Positions 49,901-61,900 of a DNA stretch of 64,000 nt are shown in pieces. Each line of letters begins with the position of its first letter. The stretch's first letter is position 1. This DNA comes from Vicugna vicugna (lineage: Eukaryota): NCBI GenBank assembly GCA_013265495.1, contig MU058687.1:744001-808000 (forward strand), written 5' to 3'. Made by a program: the position numbers and the translations under genes. The notes below the pieces were generated by a model. It was not told where the DNA came from and did not search any database. It worked only from the letters and a program-made list of their open reading frames with translations.

Positions 49901-52900
49901 GAAGAGAAAAGGGAACCTGATAAAGGACCCACAAAATGGTGGGGCCGGGATGACTGCCTGATAGATGAGGCTGGGGAAACGGACTTGTTCTAAGGATCAA
50001 AAGAGAAAAACTTAACACCCATACAAAGATGGACTCCCGATGAATTAAAGCATGTGAAAGGCAAATCTGTAACTTTAGTGAAAGAAGGTATAGGAGACTA
50101 TCTTTGTGACTAAAGAGGCTAGGAAAATATCTTTGTGACTTAAAGCCCCAAAAGCTTAAAAAATAGGTGAGTTTTGATCCATCAGAATTAAGGATTTCTG
50201 TTAAAAGAAGGACATGTAGATAAAGTCAATGGACAGAGGACAAGATGGAAGAGTTATCATATCTAAACCCAGGCAAGTATCTGGAATACACAAGGATCTT
50301 CAAAAGAGCCACAAGAAAAACCAGCAACAACCACTGGAAAACTAAGCAAAAGGCAGGAACAAGAAATTTCTACATAAGGAAACTCAATGGCTAACAGGCG
50401 AAGAGATGTTCATACTAACTAGTAAAGTAAATGTTATTTTAAATATTTAATATTCAAATAATGTATATTAATCGATTGTATATATATAAACTTCCATTCT
50501 AGAATTTGTAATGCTTTATATTCATTAATTATATAAATTAATGAGATAATTTATAAATAAAAATAAATATTTAAAATAAGATGATACTGTTTTACTAGAG
50601 GAAAAAATTTAGAAAGTGGATGTTATCCTAGATGAGGCCTCATCACGCGGCAGCCAAGCCCCACTGAGAGAAGCTGACAGCTGACCCGGAGCTACCTGCC
50701 TCCTCCCCCGGCTGTCAGGCTGGCAGAGACATCAGGACACCCAGGCTGCACAGCCCCTTGTCTGGGCGGGTCCTGGCGACACCCTTCCCTGCAGCAGCCG
50801 CTGCTTGTTCCAGGCCAGCACTGCAGGCTGGGCCTGCAGGGAGCCGAGCCTCTGGCCAATGATATTTGCCAAGACTGTGAAGCCCAGAGAAGCTCAGGCC
50901 CCTGGCCTCTGCCCTCACTAACTCCAGACCATTCCCAGCACTGCAGCCAGAGTCACCTCCCCGCAAGCCGGCTGACCGCATCACCACCCTCTGCTTACAA
51001 ACCTCTACTGGCTGCCACTGTCTGAGGGACGGCGTCCAAGCACTACAGCCTGGCGCTCAAGACACTTGCAAACTGGCGTGGGCTCCTGCCACTTCCTCCA
51101 CATACCCTGTGCTCCAGTTACACGTTTTTAACATCATCAGAGCATGCCAGGCTTGTTCATTGCTCTGCTCCCTGCAGAAATGGTTCCCTTTCCCCGGAAT
51201 ACTTTCTGGTCCCTCCAATCCTTCACCACGTGTGTGAGGGAGGGAGTTGTTGGAAGCAAATCATGCTTGGGGGCTGGGATGACTCTGATTCTGTTTCCAG
51301 CTCGGCCACAGCTCTAGGTGTGAGGTTCCTGGGTGTTTTAATTCACCTGTCTAAGCCTCAGTCTGCTAACGTATAAAATGGGGGTAAGGATTTCTATTGC
51401 ATGGGGTTGGGATGATGCGCTTCATAAAATAAAGTGCTGAGGATGGTGCTGGCATAGGAGAAGTGCTCATTCAGTGGTAGCTATTATTCTGTCCCCATTC
51501 TGACACCCCTTTGGGAAACCTTCCCACGTTGTTCCACACAGAACCAGTTGGTTCCTCCTCCCACAGCGCCACCATTCACACCGTACTCATTGCAGTATCT
51601 CCAGAACTTACACAGTGCTCAGGCCAGAACAAGCCATGTCACCCCAAGAATGGCAGCACCATTCTGCAGGTGAAGGAGTCCAACTGGGTCATGAATCTTA
51701 CAGCACTACTTGGAAAGTGTTTCATCCTATTCTCTATAAACTTATTCGCAAAAAAAAAAAGTATGTGGAGTGTTTTGTATCTGGTATAAAACACTGAGTG
51801 TTAAAGGGTTTTTGTTGGAAGCATCCTTGTCCAATGGCCCCATGCAGAGCTTCCCAGGGATGCTTGAAGCCTTGCAGGTGTCTCCGAGAAGCTGGGGACC
51901 CACACTCCTCTTACAAAGGCACACCTGCTCCCCAGGCTGCCCAGAGTCCAGTCGGGGTCCTCATGGGTTGCACTCCTTAGCTAATAGGAAAGAAGCTCCT
52001 TGTCACTCAGAATCTGGGGACTTTTCATCTTCATGTCTAGCCATGACCCCGGACTCCCTCACACTATGGCTCCAGGCACAGTTCCTTGGAGTGTTTGTGA
52101 ATGTTGCTGCCTTTCAGATTCATACCTTTCCATCTGGTCTCAGTGATCTCAGCGCCAGCATAAGGTCTGCTTCCTCCCAGGTCCAGGTCAGAGCCCTGGT
52201 CTCAGTTCCCACAACCCCCGCACTCCCCACACTGCAGCACTGTAGCTGGGTGCTGCAGATGCCTGGATCCTCTTCCACCCTAGCGCTACCGTGGGGTCTT
52301 GTACCCCTGTCATGGGGGCAAGGGCAGCTCAGCTTACCTTGGCATTCCTGCGTGGTCCCTGAGGTGGCCAGCGTGTACCCAGGGTAGCAGAAACAGGAGT
52401 AGGAGCCCACGTGATTGACACAGCGTCCTCTTCCCTTGCAGGGGTCCCTCAGACACTCATTGTCATCTGAGCAGAAGGAGGTGGGGAGGGAAGTCGGGGA
52501 TGCCTTACTTTTGGCACCTGCCAGCAACCTGCCATGCTAAAGGGTGGACAGGGATTGGTGCTGTGGGGCAAGAAGGGGATGAGGGAGCAGAGGAAGCTGC
52601 GGAGATGAAAAATCTCTAAGGCTGGGAGCCACAAAGTCAGTCTGTTGGGCTCATTCAGGAACTAAAGGCCTGGGGCAGTAGTCTCACACCTCCTCCCTGC
52701 CCCATGTCCCTCTTCCCCAGTGGCCCCATGATCATTTCCTTTCTCCTTAAAGTCACAATGGATGTGTCTTCCTTGTATAAAAATATTGGGGGGTGGATCA
52801 GGCCCACACTGCGTGATTTATTTATTGTACCTCCAAACCTCTCCCCCAGGGATGGCCGTGGTGGAGACATTTACAACTAGGGCAGGCCTCCATCCGCTCT

Positions 52901-55900
52901 GCAGGCAGTAAGGTGGACAGTTTGAGGGGTGGGCTGATCTCAGAGTTGAGGGCTTCAAGTAGCAGTCAGGGGGAGGGCCCTGGGATGGCTTCCTACTCTC
53001 CTGGAGTCCTGGAGACTCATCAGATGGTACTCCCAGAGACTGATCTCCCCAAGGTTAAGGTTAGCTTTGTCAGGAGGAACTGTGCTCCTCAGCCCATTAA
53101 CCACACAGCACTGCTTGGACCTTCTTCTGCCTGGACTCCTGACTCCTTCCCTAGCCCTGCTCCCACCCAACCCAGCCACTGAGTGAGCCCAGTTGGCCTG
53201 AGGGGATACCTGTGCAGTAGGCCTGGCTGGGGTGCAGCCGGTAGCCGGGGCTGCAGATGCATCTGTATCCATCAGGGAGGTTCACACAGGTTCCAGGGCC
53301 GCAGATGTTGGTGGCTCCAGTGGCACATCTGTCAATGGCTGTGGGAGACAGAGCAAAGCTGAGGTTATGGTAGGCGGGGGATGGGCGAAGGCTGTGGAGT
53401 AGGGTGGGGGGAAGTGTTGGGGCAGGGCACAGGGGCCTCGGAGGACCCACAGAAGCCTCACCCCAGGCTTAGCTGGACCCTCTCACATCCATGTATAGCA
53501 TGGCTTTGCATAAGACCCCACAGCACCTCCTCCCGGGGCACAGAGCCCTACCCTACTGGAGCCTGCAGCAGTGTATCCCTCTGACTGAGACCCTGTGGGT
53601 TCCAGTGATCTGTGTCCCAGGTCCCAGCAAAGGGCATTCCCTGCTGAGGCCTCTAGCCTGAACTTACCCTGAATACGGGGCAGCTCTCACCCACAGTGAG
53701 TGCTTCCCTCCCCTGGCAATATTTCCTAGACAGACAGATCTGGTGAACAGGGTCTTGAGAGAACTGCCAGGGGAAAAGGGGAGAAGTGGGCTGGAGCCAA
53801 CTGAGCAGGGCCTTGAATGCCATGTTGAGACAAGCTTGTAAGCAAGGGGGTCATGGGAGGTGGGGTGTGATCAGAGCTCTCTCAGAAAGACCATGCATCT
53901 TGCATGCCAACCTGCTCAGAAAGGCAGCGAGGTGGCAGATGGACTGGCGGTGGGTGGTGGGGGAACAGGAGGCCCCTACAAACCTAGAAATAAATTAAAC
54001 AAGGACTGCCTTGGGTGGTGGTAAGGGGGTAAAAGATGAAAGACAGATACTGAATTCAGAAACAGTCTAGAGACTCACCAGATTCAGGGCTGAGGCTGCA
54101 TAGAGAGACTGCAGCTGTTCTGAACTAAGTCTTTAATACTAGAAAAGTATCTGGTACTTAGGACACACTGAATGAACAAACGACTGAATGAATGAATGAT
54201 GTTTTTGCCCTAGGTCTTAGCGGGAAGCCCACATCCCAAGGCTCCTCGCCCTGCCCCACAGCACTGAGGAAACCCTAGAGACCCAGTGGGGTCGGGACAC
54301 AGCCTGTGTGGGTGCACGCAGCTCTGCTGTATTGAACTGAACTGAATGCAAAGGACGGCCTTTTGTAAAGCTGCCCTGTCCCTGGCCTGGCTCCAAGTTT
54401 ATGTCGGCCTGGGGGCTCATGGGGACCTCCAGCCAGGTTCCAAATGTCCTCCCAGAGGGGTGAGACTGGGGGAGGGCAAGGGGGAAAAGGGATCAGGCCA
54501 AAGGCTGGAGGTTGTGGAGGATTCTGTCTCCACATAGCTGAGAGCTTTTGCAGAGCCTGGCCTGGGCCCCTGCTAATCCCCCATCCCACCCTTCCCCTCA
54601 GGCCCATTTTCCTTGTCAGAGACTCAGAATCCCCAGCTGAGCCCCTTGACCCAGCTCATCTTGCCTGAAGAGTAGAGGGGCCTTGGACACTCCCTGGAGC
54701 TGTGCACTGAGCCCCGAGAAGAGGGGCCCTGTTTCAGGCCTGGGAAGGCCAAACTCCCCCACCCCACACTCTCCGGACTGTTCCACTAGCCTGCAGGGTC
54801 TCTCCTTTGCTGGAGGAAATCTGGAAATGCCCCTGACCCCAAGGTGACCTCAGTGTATGAGGTTAAGCACAGCAAGGCCCTGACGAGGGCACTCGTGAGG
54901 CACACACGTGCACACACACCAGCACACACGTGAGCAGGGAGCAGCTGCGGCAACACCGGCCCTGCTTCTCTTGAACCAAGTCCCCAGACAACGAGCCTTT
55001 GAGGAGGGCACATTCCAGAGCAAGGTGGATTTGCCAGGGATCTCCCCCCGACCCCCCCCCCCACGGCAGCTGCCAGAGAGGCGGGGGGAACGCAGGCTCC
55101 CGGGCAGCTAAACAACCTTGAGAAATAGAACCATTTTCCTTCCTGAAAGTCAGCCCTCCCTGTGGGCAGGAGGCTGCCCACTGCCAGGGCACTCAGCTGA
55201 CTCAGGGTCAACAGCCTGAAGGAGCCAGGCTCCCGGAGGCCCCACGTGCTCGCCTGCCTTGAGTGGGCCCCCTCTGACTGACCCTCCCCTAAGGCATCCC
55301 TTCTCTTTCTCCTGCCTGGCTTGACCAGTGCTCCAGACAGACTCCTCTGTTCACTAGGGGCACCATGTGCTTTCTGTGGGATGTGGCCAGGGGCGCTGAG
55401 CCCGGCGCAAGTTCACTGGATGCTGTTCATCTGGCAGGAGAGGCCCTGGAGCTGGCTCTGGCCAGCCTCACCCTGCAGGGCTGTCTGCAAGTACCTGAGG
55501 GGGTCGGGGTCACCAACACATCCATGGGGGTGGTCACTTGCTCTTCTTCCTGGGCCTCCAAGATCCCCTGTCCAGGCAGTGGCGGTGTTGGTCTTCTTAC
55601 AGCATCTCCTGCAGAGGAGGGAGGGGAGGGGATAGCGGGTAGGTGGTGGCCCTTGGCTGCCTGACTTCCCACCCCTGGACAGCGTTCCCTCCAGAGATGC
55701 CGACAGTGGCCTTCCCTCCTCCCTGCTGTTCTGACTCTGAGAACCAGCGGTGAAGTCTAGGGCGGGTCACTCCTTCTGCCTCCTACTCTCCTGAAACTTA
55801 ACCCGGCCCCCAACAGAGTCAAAGAACCTGAGAGCCCTAAAGAGTGTCAGGGTGCATCCAGTTTCACCCTCCACTTCACAGGCGAGGAGACAGAGGCTCG

Positions 55901-58900
55901 CAGAAATGGCCACTTGTTCAAGGCCTCTAGGTTTTAGAGACGGAGCCAAAGCCCAGGTCTCCTGATTCCCACTTCAGCATTCTCCTGTTTACTAAGCACT
56001 TTACAGTTTACAGAGCTCTGCCTCTAACACCAACACCTCATCTGCCTTAAGAGGCAGCAAGGCAGGCATTGGTGTCCACATCACAGTGGAGGAATCTTGC
56101 TTCTCAGCTCTCTGACTTCTGAACAGTATCCAGTCCCCAACCCCAGGGACCACCAAGTTGGGCTCAGTGGTGCTCTATCCACTTCCTGAGGGAAGACAGG
56201 CGGTCCCCAGGGCCCTGCCCCACCCCTGCTTCAGCCCGCGCTTCCTCTTTGGTCTCGTTTATATGCTGAACGGCTCGTGAAGTGCAGAAAGACTGCTGTG
56301 GCTGGGGAGGTATTTACAAGGCATCATGGTGTCCTTCTATAGCACCTCAGGTATACAGAGCTCCCAGAGAAGGTGTTCACCCATCACGTCATCCACAACC
56401 TCATCTGATTTGAGCCTCGTGCATCAGTGTATTAACTCCACTCCTAGATTAAGGTCTCTCCTTCCTCCTCTTCTGTTTCCTGGGAGCCGCTAGGAGGAGA
56501 GACTCACCTGGGACCCAGGCAGGTAGTTGGGTAACGCTGGCTGTGACCTGCACAGAAACGGGAGGAGGTCAATCTTGGCTTCTCTGTCCCCCCTTCCCCT
56601 GCCATGATGCACTTCCTTCTGCCACACTCACCCCTGCCTCCAGGCTCCCTGTCCAACTAACTCTCTCATTCACTTTTCATTCATTCCAAGTATTGATGAG
56701 TTCTTACTACATGCCTGGCATTCTGCTAGGCACTGTCTTAATCTTCTCCACTATCCTATGATGGTAGGCTATAATGATTAATTGAGCTGATGTATGTAAT
56801 ACGCCAGCTCAGTGTTATACCAACACACCATGTCAATGCTATAATCTCCACATGTCAGCTAGAGCAACAGAAGCCCTGCAGTTAACTGGTCTACCTAGGG
56901 TCACAGGGCCAGTATGGTGAAGCCGGGACCCCAGGCCACACTGGTGTCCCTCACCATAGCCCATGGACAGAGGCAGATAAGCGTTGGGGAGCCGGGGGAA
57001 AAGAAGGGACTGGGAAGGCAGAGGGCCAGGAGCATGGCTGGGGGCTGTGAGGACGCGGAAGTAGAACTGTGGTCTGGGAGGACGACTAGTGCTTCTCCGA
57101 GGAGAGAAGACGCTCACTGGAGAAACAGTGTTTGGAGACAGTCAGGGATGCAGGCTGGAAGGGCAGGGGACAGGACTGCAACTGGCAGACTGACAAGGGA
57201 AGAAGCAGCTTCACTCCTCCGGAATGTTTTTCTAGGAGGACACTCAGTTCTTTACAGGGAAATCCTGGGCTCAGGAAAGGGGGCAGGATGCCCCTTTCTC
57301 AGTGAAGGGGTTTGAGGCTGTTCACAGCTCTGCCTCTGCTTCCCTGTGAGCCCCTCACAGAGGAGACCTTGAGGCTTAAGCAAATCAGGCTCAGAAAATG
57401 CCGAATCTGGAATTAATCTGGAACCAGTTCTAGACCTCATCTGCTGTTCTTAAAGCTTGAGTGACGGCCAGGACTAACAGCACACGTTCCTACTTCCTTT
57501 CTGAAGAGGGCCCCAGACCATCCCAAATGAGAGAACTCGCACAGTAGCTGCTGGAAAAACAGGAGCCGTCATTATTACTTGCATTAGCGTAGAATTCGGT
57601 CTTTGGACCGACTCTTGCACTTTGGCTTCCCTGCAAGTCAAATTCTACATACGATCCATCCTTCTCCCTTCCCTCTCTCCTGGGATGCTTCCCTGCGGCC
57701 TCAGTGCTCCCAGGTCCTGCTCTCGGCCACCCGTGCCCAACTCCCTGGTGGGAGGACTCACTTACCTGGCCAGCCTGAGAGTCACCTGGGAAGGAAAGGT
57801 GAGACCATGAGCTGAGAGAGGAGAGTCTGGCTGCCTCCTCCCTTTCACCCAGCCAGTGCTGGTTCAGTCTGTCACCTCTTGACCTTGTCCCCAGCAGGGT
57901 CAGCAGCAGAGAGAACTCAGACCCTTCTTGCCTGCCTCTGCCCCTCCCACCCTTCTGGGACTGGCCAGAACACAGCCCAGAATCCCAGGTCTGGACAGCC
58001 TACAAGGTGGGTCACTTGGTGAGAGGAAACCTCCGGCTTTCCTTTAATGCTTCTGGTGGCAGGAGTCCCACCCACTCTGGGCCAGTCCACCCCATCGGTC
58101 CTAGCCTCCCAGCCACACCAGGTCACTTCAGCCTTGCCCTGGACTACCTATGGCCCAGGTGAACAGTTCTAGGAAGCGGGGAGGTTGCTCTTGGCTTGGC
58201 TAGTGTCCAGTTACCATGATGACTGGGGCTCTGTCCTGACTTCCCTGTCTGTTCTAGTTTCCTGGAGTACTATTGGCCATCACATAGTTCTCCTGGTCCT
58301 AATATATTCTTGGCATTCTGCACTCTGTGCTACCAGTAACCTGGGTGTGCCTTCTGTGTGGTTTCCCAGGGCACCTGCCAGGCATGCCTCAAGCCCAGTC
58401 TCTTTCCAGCCCCGTACCTCCTGGGCCCGAGGCAGCTGAGCTGGAGCCAGTGCTCTGACTCTAAGGCCAAGGGAGGGGATCTACAGCCCCCCGACTCCTC
58501 AGGAGCTGCCTGCCAGTTTTGCAGCTTTGCAGAGAGCACCAGGCCCAGAAGCTCATGGCTGGGGACAGGGGTGTGGGATGCTGCTGACCCCTCCCACTTC
58601 CACTAGTAACTCCCCTGGACATAGCCATATGGGAGAAGAAGGAGGGAAGGCCTTTCCATCACGCCTGCCCGTGAGAGCAGGTTCCCAGGGCTGTGCTGCT
58701 GCTCCAAAGTCCCGTTCTAAGGCCCCAGAGAAAGGATGCCATGGGTCCAGGACAAACACCCAGTGGCTCTTTGAGGTGCTGTGGCTTGCTTCTCCCCCAT
58801 CCCAGATACCCTTATCAGGGATGGTCCCGGCCTCAAGCCAGGTGCTGGTGGCCGCCCGGAGGGGCTGCCTCTCCACTGGCCGCCTCTCCACTGGCCTGGA

Positions 58901-61900
58901 CAGTGTCCCATTGCTCTTCTGCTCGTGCTCCCTCGAGGGCCTGGCCAGCTCTTCCTCCTCGGCTTTCCTCATGGAGAGGCGGATGTCGGAGCTCGAGTAG
59001 GTGTAGCCGTGGCCGGCAGGGCATATCTCCCTGAAGGCCTCTGCAAATCCAGCGGTCAGAGGACAAGATGAGAGTGCTGTTCCCACAGGAACCCAAGGCC
59101 CACCTTCCCTCCCTTTGGGGACAAGGCAATTGTGGCAGCAAGGAGGGAGGGACCCCAGGTTGGGTTAAGGGGTTGAACAGGAAGGAAGACTCAGGGTCTT
59201 CTGGCCCGAGGTTAGGTCCAGGTGGGGGGAAAACAGCCACTGGGTTGGAGGAAGGCCCTTGGTGGCCAGGGCTGAGATGGGGACAGAGTGTTACCTGTGC
59301 CAGGCAGGGGGCATTTCTCACACTTGCTGCCCCATGCTTTGCCCACTCGGCTGCAGCAGCATATCTGCTTGGTGATCCGCTGGGCCAAAGGCAGGGCGCA
59401 GGTTCCGGGCCCCAGCAACCGGTAGCAGAGCCCCTGCTGCATGGAGATGGCCTTGTCCGCTGCAACAGACAGGGCAGGTGGGGATGGGCAGGTGGCCAGA
59501 GGGAGGGGAAAGCGTGGTGGGAGGGCAGTGGAGGGAGGGGCGGCTGGCCATGTGCACGCAGATTGGCCCGGCCTGTGTCTCAATCTGGAAGTTGGGGCCC
59601 TGCAAATGCTCACAGAACATTAGGAAGAGTAGCTTCAGGGATGTGTTAGCACCTCTTCATGTCATCTGTTTGAGAGGACCCTTGACTCCCAATCCCATGT
59701 GGGGAAGCCGAGAGCAGGAAATGGGGATGTTCTTGCTCATCTCCAGGTGCTGAGTCTACAAATGTTTACAAAAGCTGATGGTCAGGAGCACAAGTGGGGA
59801 GCAGTGTACTCTGAGGGCCACGGTCTCCCTGGGAAGATGAGATGTGATGAGAGCCTAGAGCTGACGGGGATTTTTGAGGACAGGGGACCTGCCTTGGTCA
59901 TCTTTGCAGCCCTGAGCGGTGTCTGGTGCATGTGGATATTCAGTAAATACTTGTTGGATCGATGGATGGACAACTAGATCCATGAATCAAAATCCTGTGG
60001 GCTGCAGCGAGTGTGAGCCACGCTAGGTTTAGATAATGACAAGAGCACCACATTGTTCCCTTTCTTGTGCTTTCAGAGTAAATATTAGAGACTGTGCTCT
60101 TGTAAATTATCTCAGTGGAAAATGAGGAGGCCATGCCACGCTGAAAGATATTGAAGTCCTTAGAGGGCTGAACAAGAGGATGAAGGGTAGGGCGAAGAGA
60201 ACAACACTCAAAGCTGAGGGCCCAGGACTGGGCAGACCAAGTTCAAATCCCTGCTCCACCAAGAGCTATGCAGCCTCCCTGGGCTTCATCTTCTTTCGCA
60301 TAAAATAAGGATGATGATGATAATGGCATAGGTAGTGGACACCTGTATTTCTGCCTATTTGGCATCTATGCCTCTATATTCTGGTAACAACATCATGATT
60401 TTCCTATGGGATCCGCCCATTCTCCGACTTTTGGTCCATGCGGAGAGGAGGCGGACCCCACTTCCTGGTTGAAGGAGTGTAGTTCATATCTCTGGTCACA
60501 GTGGTTGGGTCAGGGATGCGCAGTTGATCAGCTTTGAGACTTTTCCTGGATTATTAGAAAAGAGGTGCTTTTTATTTTTCTATTTTCTTGATGAGTTTGC
60601 AAGGCTGGGAGGATGTTGGCCTGGAGCATCTGATGGCCACTTTTTAAGGAACGATGGAATCATCACAGAGGAAACAGAGCAAGAGACATCCTAAAGACAC
60701 TGTGGGTGCCTGGATCCAACCGAGCCTGAGGCTCACTTATTCCTGGACTTCCTAGTTGTGTGGACCAATTAGTTATTTTTGCTTAAGGTAGTTTGAGTTG
60801 GGTTTTGTGACACTTGCTACCCAAAGGCTTCTGACAAATAAACCTTCTTCATGGTAATGTATATGAAAATGCCTTGTCAAAGGTCACATGCTCTGCACAT
60901 TATCAGTCAGTCCATGCGCTTGAGTCTCCAGGTGCCATCTCTGCTTCCAGCAGCTGCTTCCTTTGGAATACAGTAGGTAAGGGTCCCATTGAGTCCCAGA
61001 ACGGAAGCGACCCGACTGGGAATATCGGGAGGCTGCCCTAGCATGGAAGGGCTGCTCTTCTGGCCTTTGTCAGGGGGCAGGGAGGGAGACAAAGCTCAGA
61101 AATGAAGGGAAGAGAAACCTCGTGCCTACCCCTCACCCACAGGGAGGTGAATCGTTGCAAGAGGGTGGAGAGGGGAACACTAGGGAGGGAAGGAACAAAG
61201 AACACCCAAAGGCCACTCTTTCTTCCTGTCTGTCTGCAGGGTCTCTTTCCAGCACTAATAAATAAAAGTCACATCAGATGTTAAACACACCTGCCTGATA
61301 AGGAATCTCAAGGGAGGAAGGAGAAGGGAGTGTTGTTTGCCCCTCAAAGCCTTGATTACACATCTCTGTCACCATGAAGTCTTCCTGAGAGTGGCCCGAT
61401 GTGTTCTCCCCACTCTGGGACTCTCAATCTCTGGTGTCCCCTCTTAAGGCTCTTCCTGTCTCCTTGTCTTGGACACTGGGTTTAGTCTCTCCCATTATGA
61501 GGGTGCTCCCTCTGGATGGTTCTGGAGTCTTGTTCATCCCATGGCCTCCCCAGACCCAGTACCTGGCGGTTTACAGACTGAGGGCTTGGCTGGCCACAGG
61601 GAGCTCTCCTGAGCCTTGGGTGGCCAAACTGACCTGGGCTGGCACTTTGCAGGGGCCAGAGGGGACTGGCTTAATTAGTTCTGGTCAGGCCTCCCTGATC
61701 TGGGCTGTGGTATCACAGGCCCCAGAGGGAGGGAGGGTGCCAACGTGGGCCTCTCACAGCTGGAAACCACAGAGGTCACTGGAAACAGCTGACTGGGTGG
61801 ACACAGACACAGACACCATGCTGATATGACTAGTGACATGTATGTGCTCATAGACGCAGAGAACATTCACAAGCACAGGGACCACAGGGTCATGGAAAAG

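Noticed and set aside
50430..50590. Very AT-rich island as foreign DNA or a NUMT
   Set aside because: Low-complexity A/T tract adjoining an old L1 fragment; no mitochondrial gene similarity seen.
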